A stretch of DNA of 64,000 nucleotides from assembly GCA_965204095.1 (NCBI GenBank), contig OZ241991.1:1360290-1424289 (forward strand), written 5' to 3'. Below the pieces are notes generated by a model. It ran no database searches and was not told the origin of the DNA. It saw only the letters and a list, made by a program, of their open reading frames with translations. The translations under genes and the position numbers were made by a program. Of this stretch, positions 16,736 through 25,798 are shown one piece after another. Numbering within the stretch: the first letter of the stretch is position 1; each line of letters opens with the position of its first letter. Origin of the DNA: Bryobacterales bacterium. GTDB lineage: Bacteria > Acidobacteriota > Terriglobia > Bryobacterales > UBA6623.

Positions 16736-18628
16736 ATGCGCCAAGCAACTCTTGTTCTCTCTTTGCTGCTGTTCGCGACGAAGGCTTCCGCAATCGAGGT
16801 GTGCGACACCGTACCGGTTTATGAGCCTTGCGAGATTTCGATGGCGTTGTCGGCAGCGGAGGTTGAGGCTCATCCGAATCCGTACGTGAGCGTGGAGTTG
16901 CGGGCGGAGTTTCGCTCACCGAAAAAAGGCACAACGTACGTGATACCGGCGTTTTGGGACGGCGGCGGGAGGTTTCGTTTGCGCTTCTCGCCGCTTGATG
17001 AGGGGCGCTGGGACTTTCGGCTGATTTCAAATCTCGACAGCCTCAACCGCAAGATGGCGAGCTTCAACGCGCTGCCGCCGCGTTCACCGGGGTTCGTGCG
17101 CATCTTCAATCTCCGCTACTTCCGGTACGACCAACCTGAAACGGCGCACTTCTGGATGGGCGACACGTGCTACAAGTTCGCCACGATCCCCTGGGAGACC
17201 TTCCGCCGCCTGATCGACGTCCGGGCGGAGCAGAAGTTCAATCACCTGCGGGGGCTCGTCCTCGGCTTCGACGAGAGCGCCGAGAAGGTTCTTGCTGATC
17301 CCGACCGACCGTCACCGGAGCATTTCCGGGAAGTCGATCGGCGCGTGGCGTACATGAACAGCAAAGGCATCACATACGACCTCCTTCTCGCCGGCGACCG
17401 CAACCAGTTGGCTGAGCTGTTGCCCGAGCGCAGGCAGCGCGAGCGGTATGTGCGCTATCTCGTGGCGCGCTATGCGGCGATGAACATCACTTGGCAGGGA
17501 GTCCGGGAATGGGAGGAATACGAAGACGGCACCCGGCTATTGCGCGAGATCTACAGCTACATCTCGAAGATGGACCCCTACAAGCATCCGCGATCAACCC
17601 ATGCGGTGACGACCTCGGCGGCGTTGTTCGAAGAGGGCTGGATGGATTACGTCGTGCAGCAATCGTCGAGCACGGACTTGGCGGCGGTGGAATACGAGAT
17701 GTATCCGGTGCCGCATGTGAACGCAGAGCTCGGATACGAGAACAGCGGCGCGGGGAAAACGCACCGGCATCATGTAGATACGGAGGAGTTTCGGCGGCGG
17801 CTTTGGCGGGCCGCGATGAACGGGCAGTACGTGACGTTTGGAAACACGGGGACTTATGGCGGACGCGGGTTTGACGTAGATGTCCGCTTCGCCGATTCGC
17901 CGGGTGCAAGGCAGATGACACACCTGTATGACTTCTTCACTCAGACTCGGTATTGGGATCTCGAGACCTATCCGAGGGTGGCGGGAGGTCCGGCAATGTC
18001 GCTGGAACTGACGAGATTCCGCAGCGAATCGATGCAAGGCATCGAGTACATGGTCTATGTCGAGAAGCCGCGCCAGGTGGAACTGCTCGTGGCGAAAGGA
18101 AAATACGACATCAGTTGGTTCAATCCGATTGACGGCGCCTGGGTTCATGAGAAGGACAAGCTCAAGGGTGAGCGGTTTACTACTGCAGGACCGCCGGACC
18201 CATCCCACGACTGGGTGCTCTACGTGCGGCGGGAGGGGAAAAAACAGGGAATGAACAAGTCGTACTTCCTGGAGTCGCGCCGTCCGAAACCAAAGGAGAT
18301 CGAGAACACGCCCTCGGAAGTCCCGTTCGTAATCCAGCTCCCTGAATCGGGGCCGCTCGTGGCGGGTGAGGAGTACGAGTTCAACGCGACGTTGACGAAA
18401 GACTCACGCGCCGCGAAGCGTATGCGCTGGATCTGGGCAGCCGAGGCGCCGGGATCGAATAAGGGCTACCGGATATTGGGCGCCGGGCAGTTCGGGAAAT
18501 TTCGTATTCCTACGGACATCACAGAACGCTATCCCATGACGTTTCAGGTGCGACTGATCGGCGTGGACGGACTCCGGCGCCTCTACGAATCGATTGGGAC
18601 GTACAAGCTTCTCAGGATGAAGGAGTGA
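16736..18628 (+). CDS. secreted DUF5060/DUF4038-type putative glycoside hydrolase
   Basis: Signal peptide MRQATLVLSLLLFATKASA. An N-terminal Ig-like stretch (IPAFWDGGGRFRLRFSPLDEGRWDF), then HFWMGDTCYKF...; the resemblance is from memory of these DUF families. Confidence 0.7.
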   Translation: MRQATLVLSLLLFATKASAIEVCDTVPVYEPCEISMALSAAEVEAHPNPYVSVELRAEFRSPKKGTTYVIPAFWDGGGRFRLRFSPLDEGRWDFRLISNLDSLNRKMASFNALPPRSPGFVRIFNLRYFRYDQPETAHFWMGDTCYKFATIPWETFRRLIDVRAEQKFNHLRGLVLGFDESAEKVLADPDRPSPEHFREVDRRVAYMNSKGITYDLLLAGDRNQLAELLPERRQRERYVRYLVARYAAMNITWQGVREWEEYEDGTRLLREIYSYISKMDPYKHPRSTHAVTTSAALFEEGWMDYVVQQSSSTDLAAVEYEMYPVPHVNAELGYENSGAGKTHRHHVDTEEFRRRLWRAAMNGQYVTFGNTGTYGGRGFDVDVRFADSPGARQMTHLYDFFTQTRYWDLETYPRVAGGPAMSLELTRFRSESMQGIEYMVYVEKPRQVELLVAKGKYDISWFNPIDGAWVHEKDKLKGERFTTAGPPDPSHDWVLYVRREGKKQGMNKSYFLESRRPKPKEIENTPSEVPFVIQLPESGPLVAGEEYEFNATLTKDSRAAKRMRWIWAAEAPGSNKGYRILGAGQFGKFRIPTDITERYPMTFQVRLIGVDGLRRLYESIGTYKLLRMKE

Positions 18629-18687
18629 CGAAGCTGCGGAACGGCCGTAGTCCGCTTGGTTTTCCTCTCGACGATTCCCTGCCCTGA

Positions 18688-19380
18688 ATGATTGTCCTCG
18701 CCTTTGACACCACAAGCCGTCGGGGCAGTCTTGCGCTTCTGAACAACGGTGACGTGATGGAAGCTCGGGTCGTTTCGGCGCCGGACGGATTCGCTGCAAA
18801 GCTGTATCCGGAGATACGTGAGCTATTGGACCAGAACGAAGTATCGCTGGCGGAAGTCGACTGCTACGCATCCGCTTCGGGACCGGGCTCATTTACTGGG
18901 ATTCGAATCGGTCTGACTGCCGTTAAATCACTCGCGGAAGTAAATCAGAAGAAAGTCGTCGGTGTATCCAACCTGCGAGCGATTGCCGAACTGGGTGAGG
19001 GGGGCTTTCGCGCACCTCTGATGGATGCCCGACGGGGCGAAGTCTACGCAGCAGTCTATAACGCTCAGGGACATGCAGTGGTCGATGAAATGGTTACGCC
19101 GTGGCCCTCATTCGTCGAGCTCGTTGGGCGTCGTGAAGTCACATTCCTGTCATGCGATGCCGGTCTGTTCACTGAGAATGGGGCGGCCCCTCTCCGTGCC
19201 GCGCGGCGAAGCTCGTCAGGTTCCGCGAGGCATATGATCCTGAAGGCGCCTCTCGCTGTGGGGGTGGGCCGCATCGCAGCACGCCTGATGGTCTCCGGCG
19301 AAGTACTCGATCCGTTGGAACTCGACGCCAACTATGTGAGGAGACCGGACGCGGAGCTGAACTGGAGGCCTCCACAGTGA
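18688..19380 (+). CDS. tsaB: tRNA threonylcarbamoyladenosine biosynthesis protein TsaB
   Basis: MIVLAFDTTSRRGSLALL...ASGPGSFTGIRIGLTAVKSLA is the canonical YeaZ/TsaB signature. Confidence 0.9.
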   Translation: MIVLAFDTTSRRGSLALLNNGDVMEARVVSAPDGFAAKLYPEIRELLDQNEVSLAEVDCYASASGPGSFTGIRIGLTAVKSLAEVNQKKVVGVSNLRAIAELGEGGFRAPLMDARRGEVYAAVYNAQGHAVVDEMVTPWPSFVELVGRREVTFLSCDAGLFTENGAAPLRAARRSSSGSARHMILKAPLAVGVGRIAARLMVSGEVLDPLELDANYVRRPDAELNWRPPQ

Positions 19381-19589
19381 TGTTCCGGGCGGAAGAACCG
19401 TCGAAATGTTTCGCCTTCAACAGTTTCGAGTGCCACGACTGCCAGCTTCCCGCTACACTGATTAGGCAGTTGCCCCTGGTGAGGGATCGGCTCCACGGCC
19501 CCTATCTGATCCTGATCCGTGGAAGCGCACCGTTGCGGCGGGAGTCAACACTGCATGAAATGAAGAGAATGGAAGTGTCAGCGCGATGA
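19380..19589 (+). CDS. possible 69-aa protein bridging tsaB and mreB (uncertain)
   Basis: Its ATG overlaps the tsaB stop (TGATG) and its stop overlaps the mreB start (ATGA). GC3 is about 68 percent. No recognisable family and no clear SD. Confidence 0.3.
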   Translation: MFRAEEPSKCFAFNSFECHDCQLPATLIRQLPLVRDRLHGPYLILIRGSAPLRRESTLHEMKRMEVSAR

Positions 19590-20611
19590 AACTCAGGTCC
19601 GTTTTGAGCCTTTTTTCGCGTGACTTGGCGATCGATTTGGGGACAGCCAACACGCTGGTCTTTGCTCGTGGCAAAGGCATCGTCGCGAATGAGCCCTCGA
19701 TTGTCGCCATCAACAAATCAACGAACGATGTGGAAGCGGTCGGCAAGGAAGCCAAAGAGATGGTTGGCAGGACACCGGGAAACATCGTCGCGATCCGGCC
19801 TATGAAAGACGGCGTGATCGCGGACTTCCGCCACACCGAGAAGATGTTGTCGTACTTCATTCAGAAATCTCACAACCGCAAGGTGCTTGTGCATCCTCGT
19901 ATCGTAATCGGTGTTCCGAGCGAAATTACGCCCGTGGAGAACCGCGCGGTGATTGATTCCGCTTACCGCGCTCATGCCAGCGAGGTGCACCTGGTGGAGC
20001 AAGCAATGGTGGCGGCGATCGGAGCGGGTCTGCCCATAACGGAACCGTCGGGCAATATGGTCGTCGACATCGGTGGCGGCACCACGGACGTAGCCGTGAT
20101 TTCCATGTCGGGGATTGTCTATTCACGCTCTGTCCGTGTCGCCGGTAACGAGATGGATGAGGCAATCATCAGTTACCTTAAGCGGAAGTACAACTTGTTG
20201 ATCGGTGAGAGGACCGCGGAACAAATCAAGATCCAGGTCGGTTCTGCTTACAAGCTCGATCAGCCGATCAGCATGGAGGTCAAGGGCCGCCACTTGATTG
20301 AAGGCGTTCCTCGCATGGTAGTGGTGAATGACAGCGAGATCCGAGAGGCGCTTTCCGACTGCGTCGACACGATCGTGAACGCGATTCGCGTCGCCCTGGA
20401 AAGGACTCCTCCCGAACTAAGTGCGGACATCAGTGACTGTGGCATCGTTCTCACGGGCGGCGGGGCGCTGTTGCGAAACTTGGATGTGCGCATCCGCGAG
20501 GAGACAGGGCTACCGGTATCCATCGCAGAAGATCCTCTCGCTTCGGTGGTGTTGGGCACTGGCCGGATGCTGAGTGACTTCCGGCTGCTCGGCCGTATCT
20601 CACTGGAATAA
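19586..20611 (+). CDS. mreB: rod shape-determining protein MreB
   Basis: LAIDLGTANTLVFARGKGIVANEPSIVAI...VVDIGGGTTDVAVIS are actin-like ATPase motifs. 341 aa. Confidence 0.97.
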   Translation: MKLRSVLSLFSRDLAIDLGTANTLVFARGKGIVANEPSIVAINKSTNDVEAVGKEAKEMVGRTPGNIVAIRPMKDGVIADFRHTEKMLSYFIQKSHNRKVLVHPRIVIGVPSEITPVENRAVIDSAYRAHASEVHLVEQAMVAAIGAGLPITEPSGNMVVDIGGGTTDVAVISMSGIVYSRSVRVAGNEMDEAIISYLKRKYNLLIGERTAEQIKIQVGSAYKLDQPISMEVKGRHLIEGVPRMVVVNDSEIREALSDCVDTIVNAIRVALERTPPELSADISDCGIVLTGGGALLRNLDVRIREETGLPVSIAEDPLASVVLGTGRMLSDFRLLGRISLE

Positions 20612-20620
20612 GCCTTCGGT

Positions 20621-21883
20621 ATGAAGGAGTTTGTCGAACGTTATCGCAATGCCTCGCTGCTGGCGGCCGTGCTGTTTCTGCAGTTCGTTCTATTGGGCTA
20701 CCAGGTCAAGACGGGTGAGGATGTTCGCTTTGCACGCGCCTGGACTAGCGCTCTGATTACTCCCATCGAACGAATCTTGAGCGGTGGCGCGGGAATATTC
20801 GGTTCGTTATGGAGTGAGTACGTCTGGCTGCAGGAAATACGCGATGAGAATAAAGAACTCAAGGCAAAAAACGAACGGCTGAGACTCGAGAAACAACAGT
20901 TGCACCGTGCGCTGGCTCGGTTTTCACGCGAGGAGGAGGTGCTCGCCTATCAGATACAAATTCCGTCCGAGACGGTCCTGGCGAGCGTGATCGGGATGGG
21001 GATGAACCCTACCGCCCGCGAGATCATCATCGACAAGGGTCGGAACGCCGGGATCAAGCCGGGAATGGCAGTCGTCACGGCGGACGGAGCTGTCGGAAAA
21101 GTTCAGGGGGCGTATGGTAGTTCTTCACTCGTGCTGTTGATCAGTGACGTGGATTCTGGGGTCGGTGTTCTGCTGAAAAACTCGCGAGCTCGAGGGATTG
21201 TAAAAGGGACAGGCGGATCGGAGTGCCGACTCGAATATATCGACGCCGAAGTCGAGGTCGCAGTCGGAGAAGCAGTATACACGTCGGGCGAGGATCGCAT
21301 CTTCCCCAAAGGGCTGCCCGTCGGAGAGGTTACTCGCGTAGGAGCTGTCTCGGACTATCAGGAGATCCACATGCGTCCGTTTGCAGCGCTGAATCGTCTT
21401 GAGGAAGTGCTTGTGGTGACGGTGGGAGTACATCAGAACTTGCCGAGTTTCACGACGCCCCAACCCCCGGAAGCGATGATGCCGATGCCGATGGCTGCAT
21501 CGGATGCTCTGTCATCAACTCCACCACGGGAGGGACTGGGACTGGTCGAGAAAACGTCGCAGGCGACGGCAACGGCTGAAACCGGGACAGACAGGCCGAT
21601 TCCGACGCAAACCGAGGCAGACGCTCTGATGGAGACGTACCGGGCGCTCGGAGCCGCCCAACAGCATCGATACGGAGAAGGAAACCTGCAAACGCCGCCT
21701 CCGGATTTCAATCTGTTGCGGCCCGCTGCGTCAGCGCCGACGCCATCCCCTGCCGCAGCCGAGCCGGAAACACCCACCGCCGCTCCCACCGCAGTGGCGA
21801 CAGAAGCCTTGGCTGCGAGCCGCACGGAAGGGGCATCGGACAACGGCGCAGAGGACGTGAATGGCGCGGACCCTAATCCCTAG
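20621..21883 (+). CDS. mreC: rod shape-determining protein MreC (with a ~135-aa Pro/Ala/Thr-rich C-terminal tail)
   Basis: Position after mreB. N-terminal TM segment, a coiled-coil (ENKELKAKNERLRLEKQQL) and beta-barrel domains (GMAVVTADGAVGKV...). Confidence 0.9.
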   Translation: MKEFVERYRNASLLAAVLFLQFVLLGYQVKTGEDVRFARAWTSALITPIERILSGGAGIFGSLWSEYVWLQEIRDENKELKAKNERLRLEKQQLHRALARFSREEEVLAYQIQIPSETVLASVIGMGMNPTAREIIIDKGRNAGIKPGMAVVTADGAVGKVQGAYGSSSLVLLISDVDSGVGVLLKNSRARGIVKGTGGSECRLEYIDAEVEVAVGEAVYTSGEDRIFPKGLPVGEVTRVGAVSDYQEIHMRPFAALNRLEEVLVVTVGVHQNLPSFTTPQPPEAMMPMPMAASDALSSTPPREGLGLVEKTSQATATAETGTDRPIPTQTEADALMETYRALGAAQQHRYGEGNLQTPPPDFNLLRPAASAPTPSPAAAEPETPTAAPTAVATEALAASRTEGASDNGAEDVNGADPNP

Positions 21884-22412
21884 CAGTATCCGTTCGCAGC
21901 CAATCGGCAACACCCCCCCACGCCGCCGCCCCCTGGAAAAGCTCGGGCCCGTCGCTTCGATTGGCGTCGTCATCCTGAGTTTCGCCGCGCAGAGCTTCCT
22001 GCCTCGATATGTGAGCTGGGCGGGCGCTTTCGACCTGCCTCTGCTGATCACGGTGTATCTTGCACTGACCGAAAGGAACGTACCACGCGGGATTTTGATA
22101 GGTGCGGCAATCGGTCTTGCGCAGGACGCCCTTTCCCATGGACCGATTGGTGGGTTTGGTATTATCAAGACGGTCATCGGCTATCTGGCCGCCTCGATGA
22201 GTCGAATCGTAGAGATTGACTACCCTGGCATTCGAGGTATTCTGGCGGCGCTCTTCTTCTTGATCCACCATTTGCTCTTCTGGGTGATGCAAACGGTGCT
22301 ATTAGGGATTAACGTCTCTTTCGATCCCGCTCGAACATTGGTGATGTCTGCGGCCTACGCAGGTTTGGCGCTGCTGCTGTTTCCTTTGATCGACCGCCTC
22401 AAGAGAGCGTGA
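21861..22412 (+). CDS. mreD: rod shape-determining protein MreD
   Basis: Polytopic membrane protein directly after mreC. Its stop overlaps the mrdA start (ATGA). The start codon is uncertain. Confidence 0.8.
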   Translation: MARTLIPSSIRSQPIGNTPPRRRPLEKLGPVASIGVVILSFAAQSFLPRYVSWAGAFDLPLLITVYLALTERNVPRGILIGAAIGLAQDALSHGPIGGFGIIKTVIGYLAASMSRIVEIDYPGIRGILAALFFLIHHLLFWVMQTVLLGINVSFDPARTLVMSAAYAGLALLLFPLIDRLKRA

Positions 22413-24304
22413 TGAACTCCAGTCAAAAAAGCGCACGCAAAGCGAGTGAAGTCTATATCGCCGTCTTTCAATATGTCATGGCGATGGCCTTTCTTTGGCT
22501 GCTTGCCGGCTTTTGGCAACTTCAGGTACAGACCCGCCAGATTTACGTTGAACGGGCTGATCGGAATCGCATCAAGTCGTTGCAAATCTTTGCTCCGCGG
22601 GGGAAAATCCTCGATCGGGACGGCCGTGTCATCGTAGACAACAGCCCGAGTCACAAAGTCCTGCTATCACGCGCTTCTCACGATACGGAGCTTCTCCGGA
22701 TCATCGCGGGCGGGCTGAATATTCCGTTCGAACGCCTGGGCGCCAGCCTCAAACGCCTCGAAACATCGAACACGCCGGCGTACCAGGCCGTGATCCTCAA
22801 AGAGAATCTGAGCCATGCCGAAGTGGCTTTCGTGGAAGCTCACCGCTCGCAGTTGCCGGAACTCGAGTTGATCCGATCACACCGGCGCCTGTATCCGAGG
22901 GGTGGTTTGGCTTCTCACGTTGTCGGGTATGTCGGGGAAGTGAGCGATTCGGAACTTGATCAGGATACCTTCATGTTCTACGAGCCCGGCGCGGAGATCG
23001 GGAAAGCTGGTATCGAGCGTTCGTATAACGACATCTTGACAGGCACAGACGGCCACCGTCTTATCGAAGTCGACAGCCTGGGACGCGAGCAAACACTCTT
23101 CGGAACGGTCAAACCCAAAGCCGGGCGAAGCTTGCGGATCACGTTGGACCTTGACTTGCAAGTGGTTGCCGAACTTGCTCTGGAAGGGAAAAAGGGCGCC
23201 ATCGTCGCTCTGGATCCCCGGAACGGTGAAGTGTTGGCTCTGGCCAGCCGACCAACTTATGACCCGAATAAATTTGTCGGGGGTATCAGTGCGGATGACT
23301 GGCGTCAGATCCTGCAAGATCCACAAGATCCCATGTTGAATCGGGCCATTCAGGCCCAAGTGGCTCCGGGATCGGTTTTCAAGGCGATCGTCGCGCTGGC
23401 CGGCGGAGAAACAGGGTTGCTGGATGAGGATTTTACGGTTTCCTGCTCAGGGGGCGCGTCGTTCTACAGACGGTATTTTCGCTGCCACCTGGCGAAAGGT
23501 CACGGTCCTGTGAATCTGCGCCAAGCCTTGGCGCAGTCATGCAATGTTTACTTCTACACCCTCGGGAACAAGCTGGGCATCGATCGGATTGCGGAATATG
23601 CTGAACTCGCCGGTCTGGGACGCCCAACGAGTATTGACCTGCCCCACGAAGAAGGCGGCACTGTGCCTTCAGAGCAATGGAAGCTACGCCGTTATCGCGA
23701 AAAGTGGTACAGCGGTGAAACCATTTCCGTGGCCATCGGCCAGGGCGCGCTGACGGTGACTCCGCTGCAGGTGGCCTTTGCCATCGGCGGAATCGCGGTG
23801 GGGGGCGTCTGGCACAGACCGCATTTGGTGGCCTATGAGGACCTGCGGGAACTACGCCCTCGGTTCGAGCCTCCAGACCCGATTGAAATCGAATTGAACC
23901 AACGCCACCTGAAAACGATTCGGCAAGGACTGTGGGCCGTTGTCAACGGCGGCGGCACCGGTGGGCGCGCACGCATCGCAGGCTACGACATCTGCGGAAA
24001 GACCGGTTCCGCCCAACGAGCCTCGACACGGTTTCAAGAAGGCAACAATGACCCGGCACTGAAGGACGCTGCTTGGTTCGTTGGTTTCGCCCCCTGCGAA
24101 CAGCCCGAACTGGTTGTTTCGGCTCTATTCGAAGATGGGGAACATGGCTATCTGGCAGGCCCGATGGTTCGCGACGTCATCAAGAGCCACCTTGACAAGA
24201 AGGTGCGAACACATTGGGCGAACCGCCGCTCAACACCCTCTACGTCCGTTGGCGCTTCCCACCCGGCCGCCGACACCGCTGCATGGGGGCGGCAGGCTCC
24301 GTGA
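22409..24304 (+). CDS. mrdA: penicillin-binding protein 2 (elongasome transpeptidase)
   Basis: 631 aa. SxxK motif (GSVFKAIVA), an SxN-like motif and KTG(S) (CGKTGSAQ). Lies between mreD and rodA. Confidence 0.93.
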   Translation: MMNSSQKSARKASEVYIAVFQYVMAMAFLWLLAGFWQLQVQTRQIYVERADRNRIKSLQIFAPRGKILDRDGRVIVDNSPSHKVLLSRASHDTELLRIIAGGLNIPFERLGASLKRLETSNTPAYQAVILKENLSHAEVAFVEAHRSQLPELELIRSHRRLYPRGGLASHVVGYVGEVSDSELDQDTFMFYEPGAEIGKAGIERSYNDILTGTDGHRLIEVDSLGREQTLFGTVKPKAGRSLRITLDLDLQVVAELALEGKKGAIVALDPRNGEVLALASRPTYDPNKFVGGISADDWRQILQDPQDPMLNRAIQAQVAPGSVFKAIVALAGGETGLLDEDFTVSCSGGASFYRRYFRCHLAKGHGPVNLRQALAQSCNVYFYTLGNKLGIDRIAEYAELAGLGRPTSIDLPHEEGGTVPSEQWKLRRYREKWYSGETISVAIGQGALTVTPLQVAFAIGGIAVGGVWHRPHLVAYEDLRELRPRFEPPDPIEIELNQRHLKTIRQGLWAVVNGGGTGGRARIAGYDICGKTGSAQRASTRFQEGNNDPALKDAAWFVGFAPCEQPELVVSALFEDGEHGYLAGPMVRDVIKSHLDKKVRTHWANRRSTPSTSVGASHPAADTAAWGRQAP

Positions 24305-25392
24305 CAGACCGGTATGCAATCCGGGATTTCGATTGGACGTTGATCTGCTTTTCGGTCCTGATCGCCGTTCTTGGACTGGTCGAAATCTACAGCGCAACCC
24401 TGAACACAGCTTGGCAGGACGCGTATCTGCGTCAACTGATATGGGTCGTACTCGGCATTGTCTTGATGTGGATGGTTTCGACGACGGACTACAACTGGTG
24501 GGTGAAGCATGTGCCTTCCTTCTACATTGCCTCGCTGGCGCTGTTATTGATCGTTGCGGTGTTTGGTCATGTCGAAGGAGGGTCACGTCGCTGGCTCTTG
24601 CTGCCGGGCGGCATGAGTCTGCAGACCTCGGAATTCGTAAAGGTGGTGCTAGTATTGTTGGTAGCCTATGCCCTCGGCGATTTGCCGCGGGAACGGATTA
24701 CTGCCTCGACCCTGACATGGCTCGTCGCGATGTTCGCCCTGATGGTGCTGGTGGTGGCTGCCCAGCCTGACCTCAGCACGTCATTGAGTTATGTGCCGAT
24801 CCTCGGGATCGGCATCTGGACGGCGGGTATCCGATGGAAGTATTTGGTGGTGATTGTGCTGCTGGTAGCGATGGCTTTGCCGCTCGGTTGGCACTCCCTC
24901 GAGCCCTATCAGAAGGAGCGTTTGGTCACCTACATGAATCCCGAAAACGACCCGCGGGATACTGGCTATCAATCGATCCAATCGCGCATCGCGGTCGGTT
25001 CAGGTGAGATTTGGGGAAAGGGGTTCGCTCGCGGCACGCAGACGCAGTTGCGGTTTCTGCCAACGCCGCACACGGATTTCATTTTTGCAGCCTATGCGGA
25101 GGAGAGCGGATTCGCGGGGGTATTCGTGGCGCTGACGCTCTATTTTGCTCTGCTGATGAAGATTGTTAGTACTGCGCGAGTAGCCATCGACAATACCGGA
25201 ATGTATTTATGCATGGGCGTCGCGGCTCTCTTGTTTTTTCATGTGGTTGTAAATATCGGCATGGTCATCGGGCGGATGCCGGTGACCGGACTACCTCTGC
25301 CCTTGATGAGCTATGGTGGGTCCAATACGGTCACAACTTTTATGCTACTAGGGTTGGTGAACAGTGTTTGGCAGCGGCGCTTCACGAACTAG
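24283..25392 (+). CDS. rodA: peptidoglycan glycosyltransferase RodA (SEDS family)
   Basis: A 10-TM FtsW/RodA/SpoVE-type sequence (...LPTPHTDFIFAAYAEESGF...GLPLPLMSYGGS). The start is ambiguous: ATG at 24283, or GTG at 24301 overlapping the mrdA stop (GTGA). Confidence 0.92.
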   Translation: MGAAGSVTDRYAIRDFDWTLICFSVLIAVLGLVEIYSATLNTAWQDAYLRQLIWVVLGIVLMWMVSTTDYNWWVKHVPSFYIASLALLLIVAVFGHVEGGSRRWLLLPGGMSLQTSEFVKVVLVLLVAYALGDLPRERITASTLTWLVAMFALMVLVVAAQPDLSTSLSYVPILGIGIWTAGIRWKYLVVIVLLVAMALPLGWHSLEPYQKERLVTYMNPENDPRDTGYQSIQSRIAVGSGEIWGKGFARGTQTQLRFLPTPHTDFIFAAYAEESGFAGVFVALTLYFALLMKIVSTARVAIDNTGMYLCMGVAALLFFHVVVNIGMVIGRMPVTGLPLPLMSYGGSNTVTTFMLLGLVNSVWQRRFTN

Positions 25393-25724
25393 AGGAGTTG
25401 TGCCGCCGATGTTATAGGGCTCCCAGCGGGATCCAGCGCCCGGAGGCCGCCGGAATCGCTCGACGGAGCCGAGACATTGTAGAGCCAGCCTTGAGCTCTG
25501 AAGGCTCGAGGCGGCTTGATGAGAGTTAGGCAAGATTTTGCGGATTGAATAAGGGATGGACAGGCTACTGTGTTCCGTTAACGCGGACGGCGGTTCTCCC
25601 GGTTACGCGCGTTGAGCGGCCGACTTTGTCGAACGATCGCTCCGCTGCTGTGCCGAAGATTCGAGGTTGGATCGTGGGGCTGTTTCAGTAGACAGCAACA
25701 CGGCCTCTCGAGAGGATCGGATTT

Positions 25725-25748
25725 GAGGAGTAGGCAAGCCTACTCCTC
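25725..25748 (+). promoter_or_regulatory. perfect 11+11 nt hairpin in the rng leader (GAGGAGTAGGC aa GCCTACTCCTC)
   Basis: Read directly from the sequence. Located 50 nt upstream of the rng TTG start. The arms are SD-like and anti-SD-like. The true SD GAGGAGG is at 25787-25793. Confidence 0.45.
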
Positions 25749-25798
25749 AGTCCTATTGCACCCGCCTACCAGGGCCCTCCCTCCCGAGGAGGCGTCCT

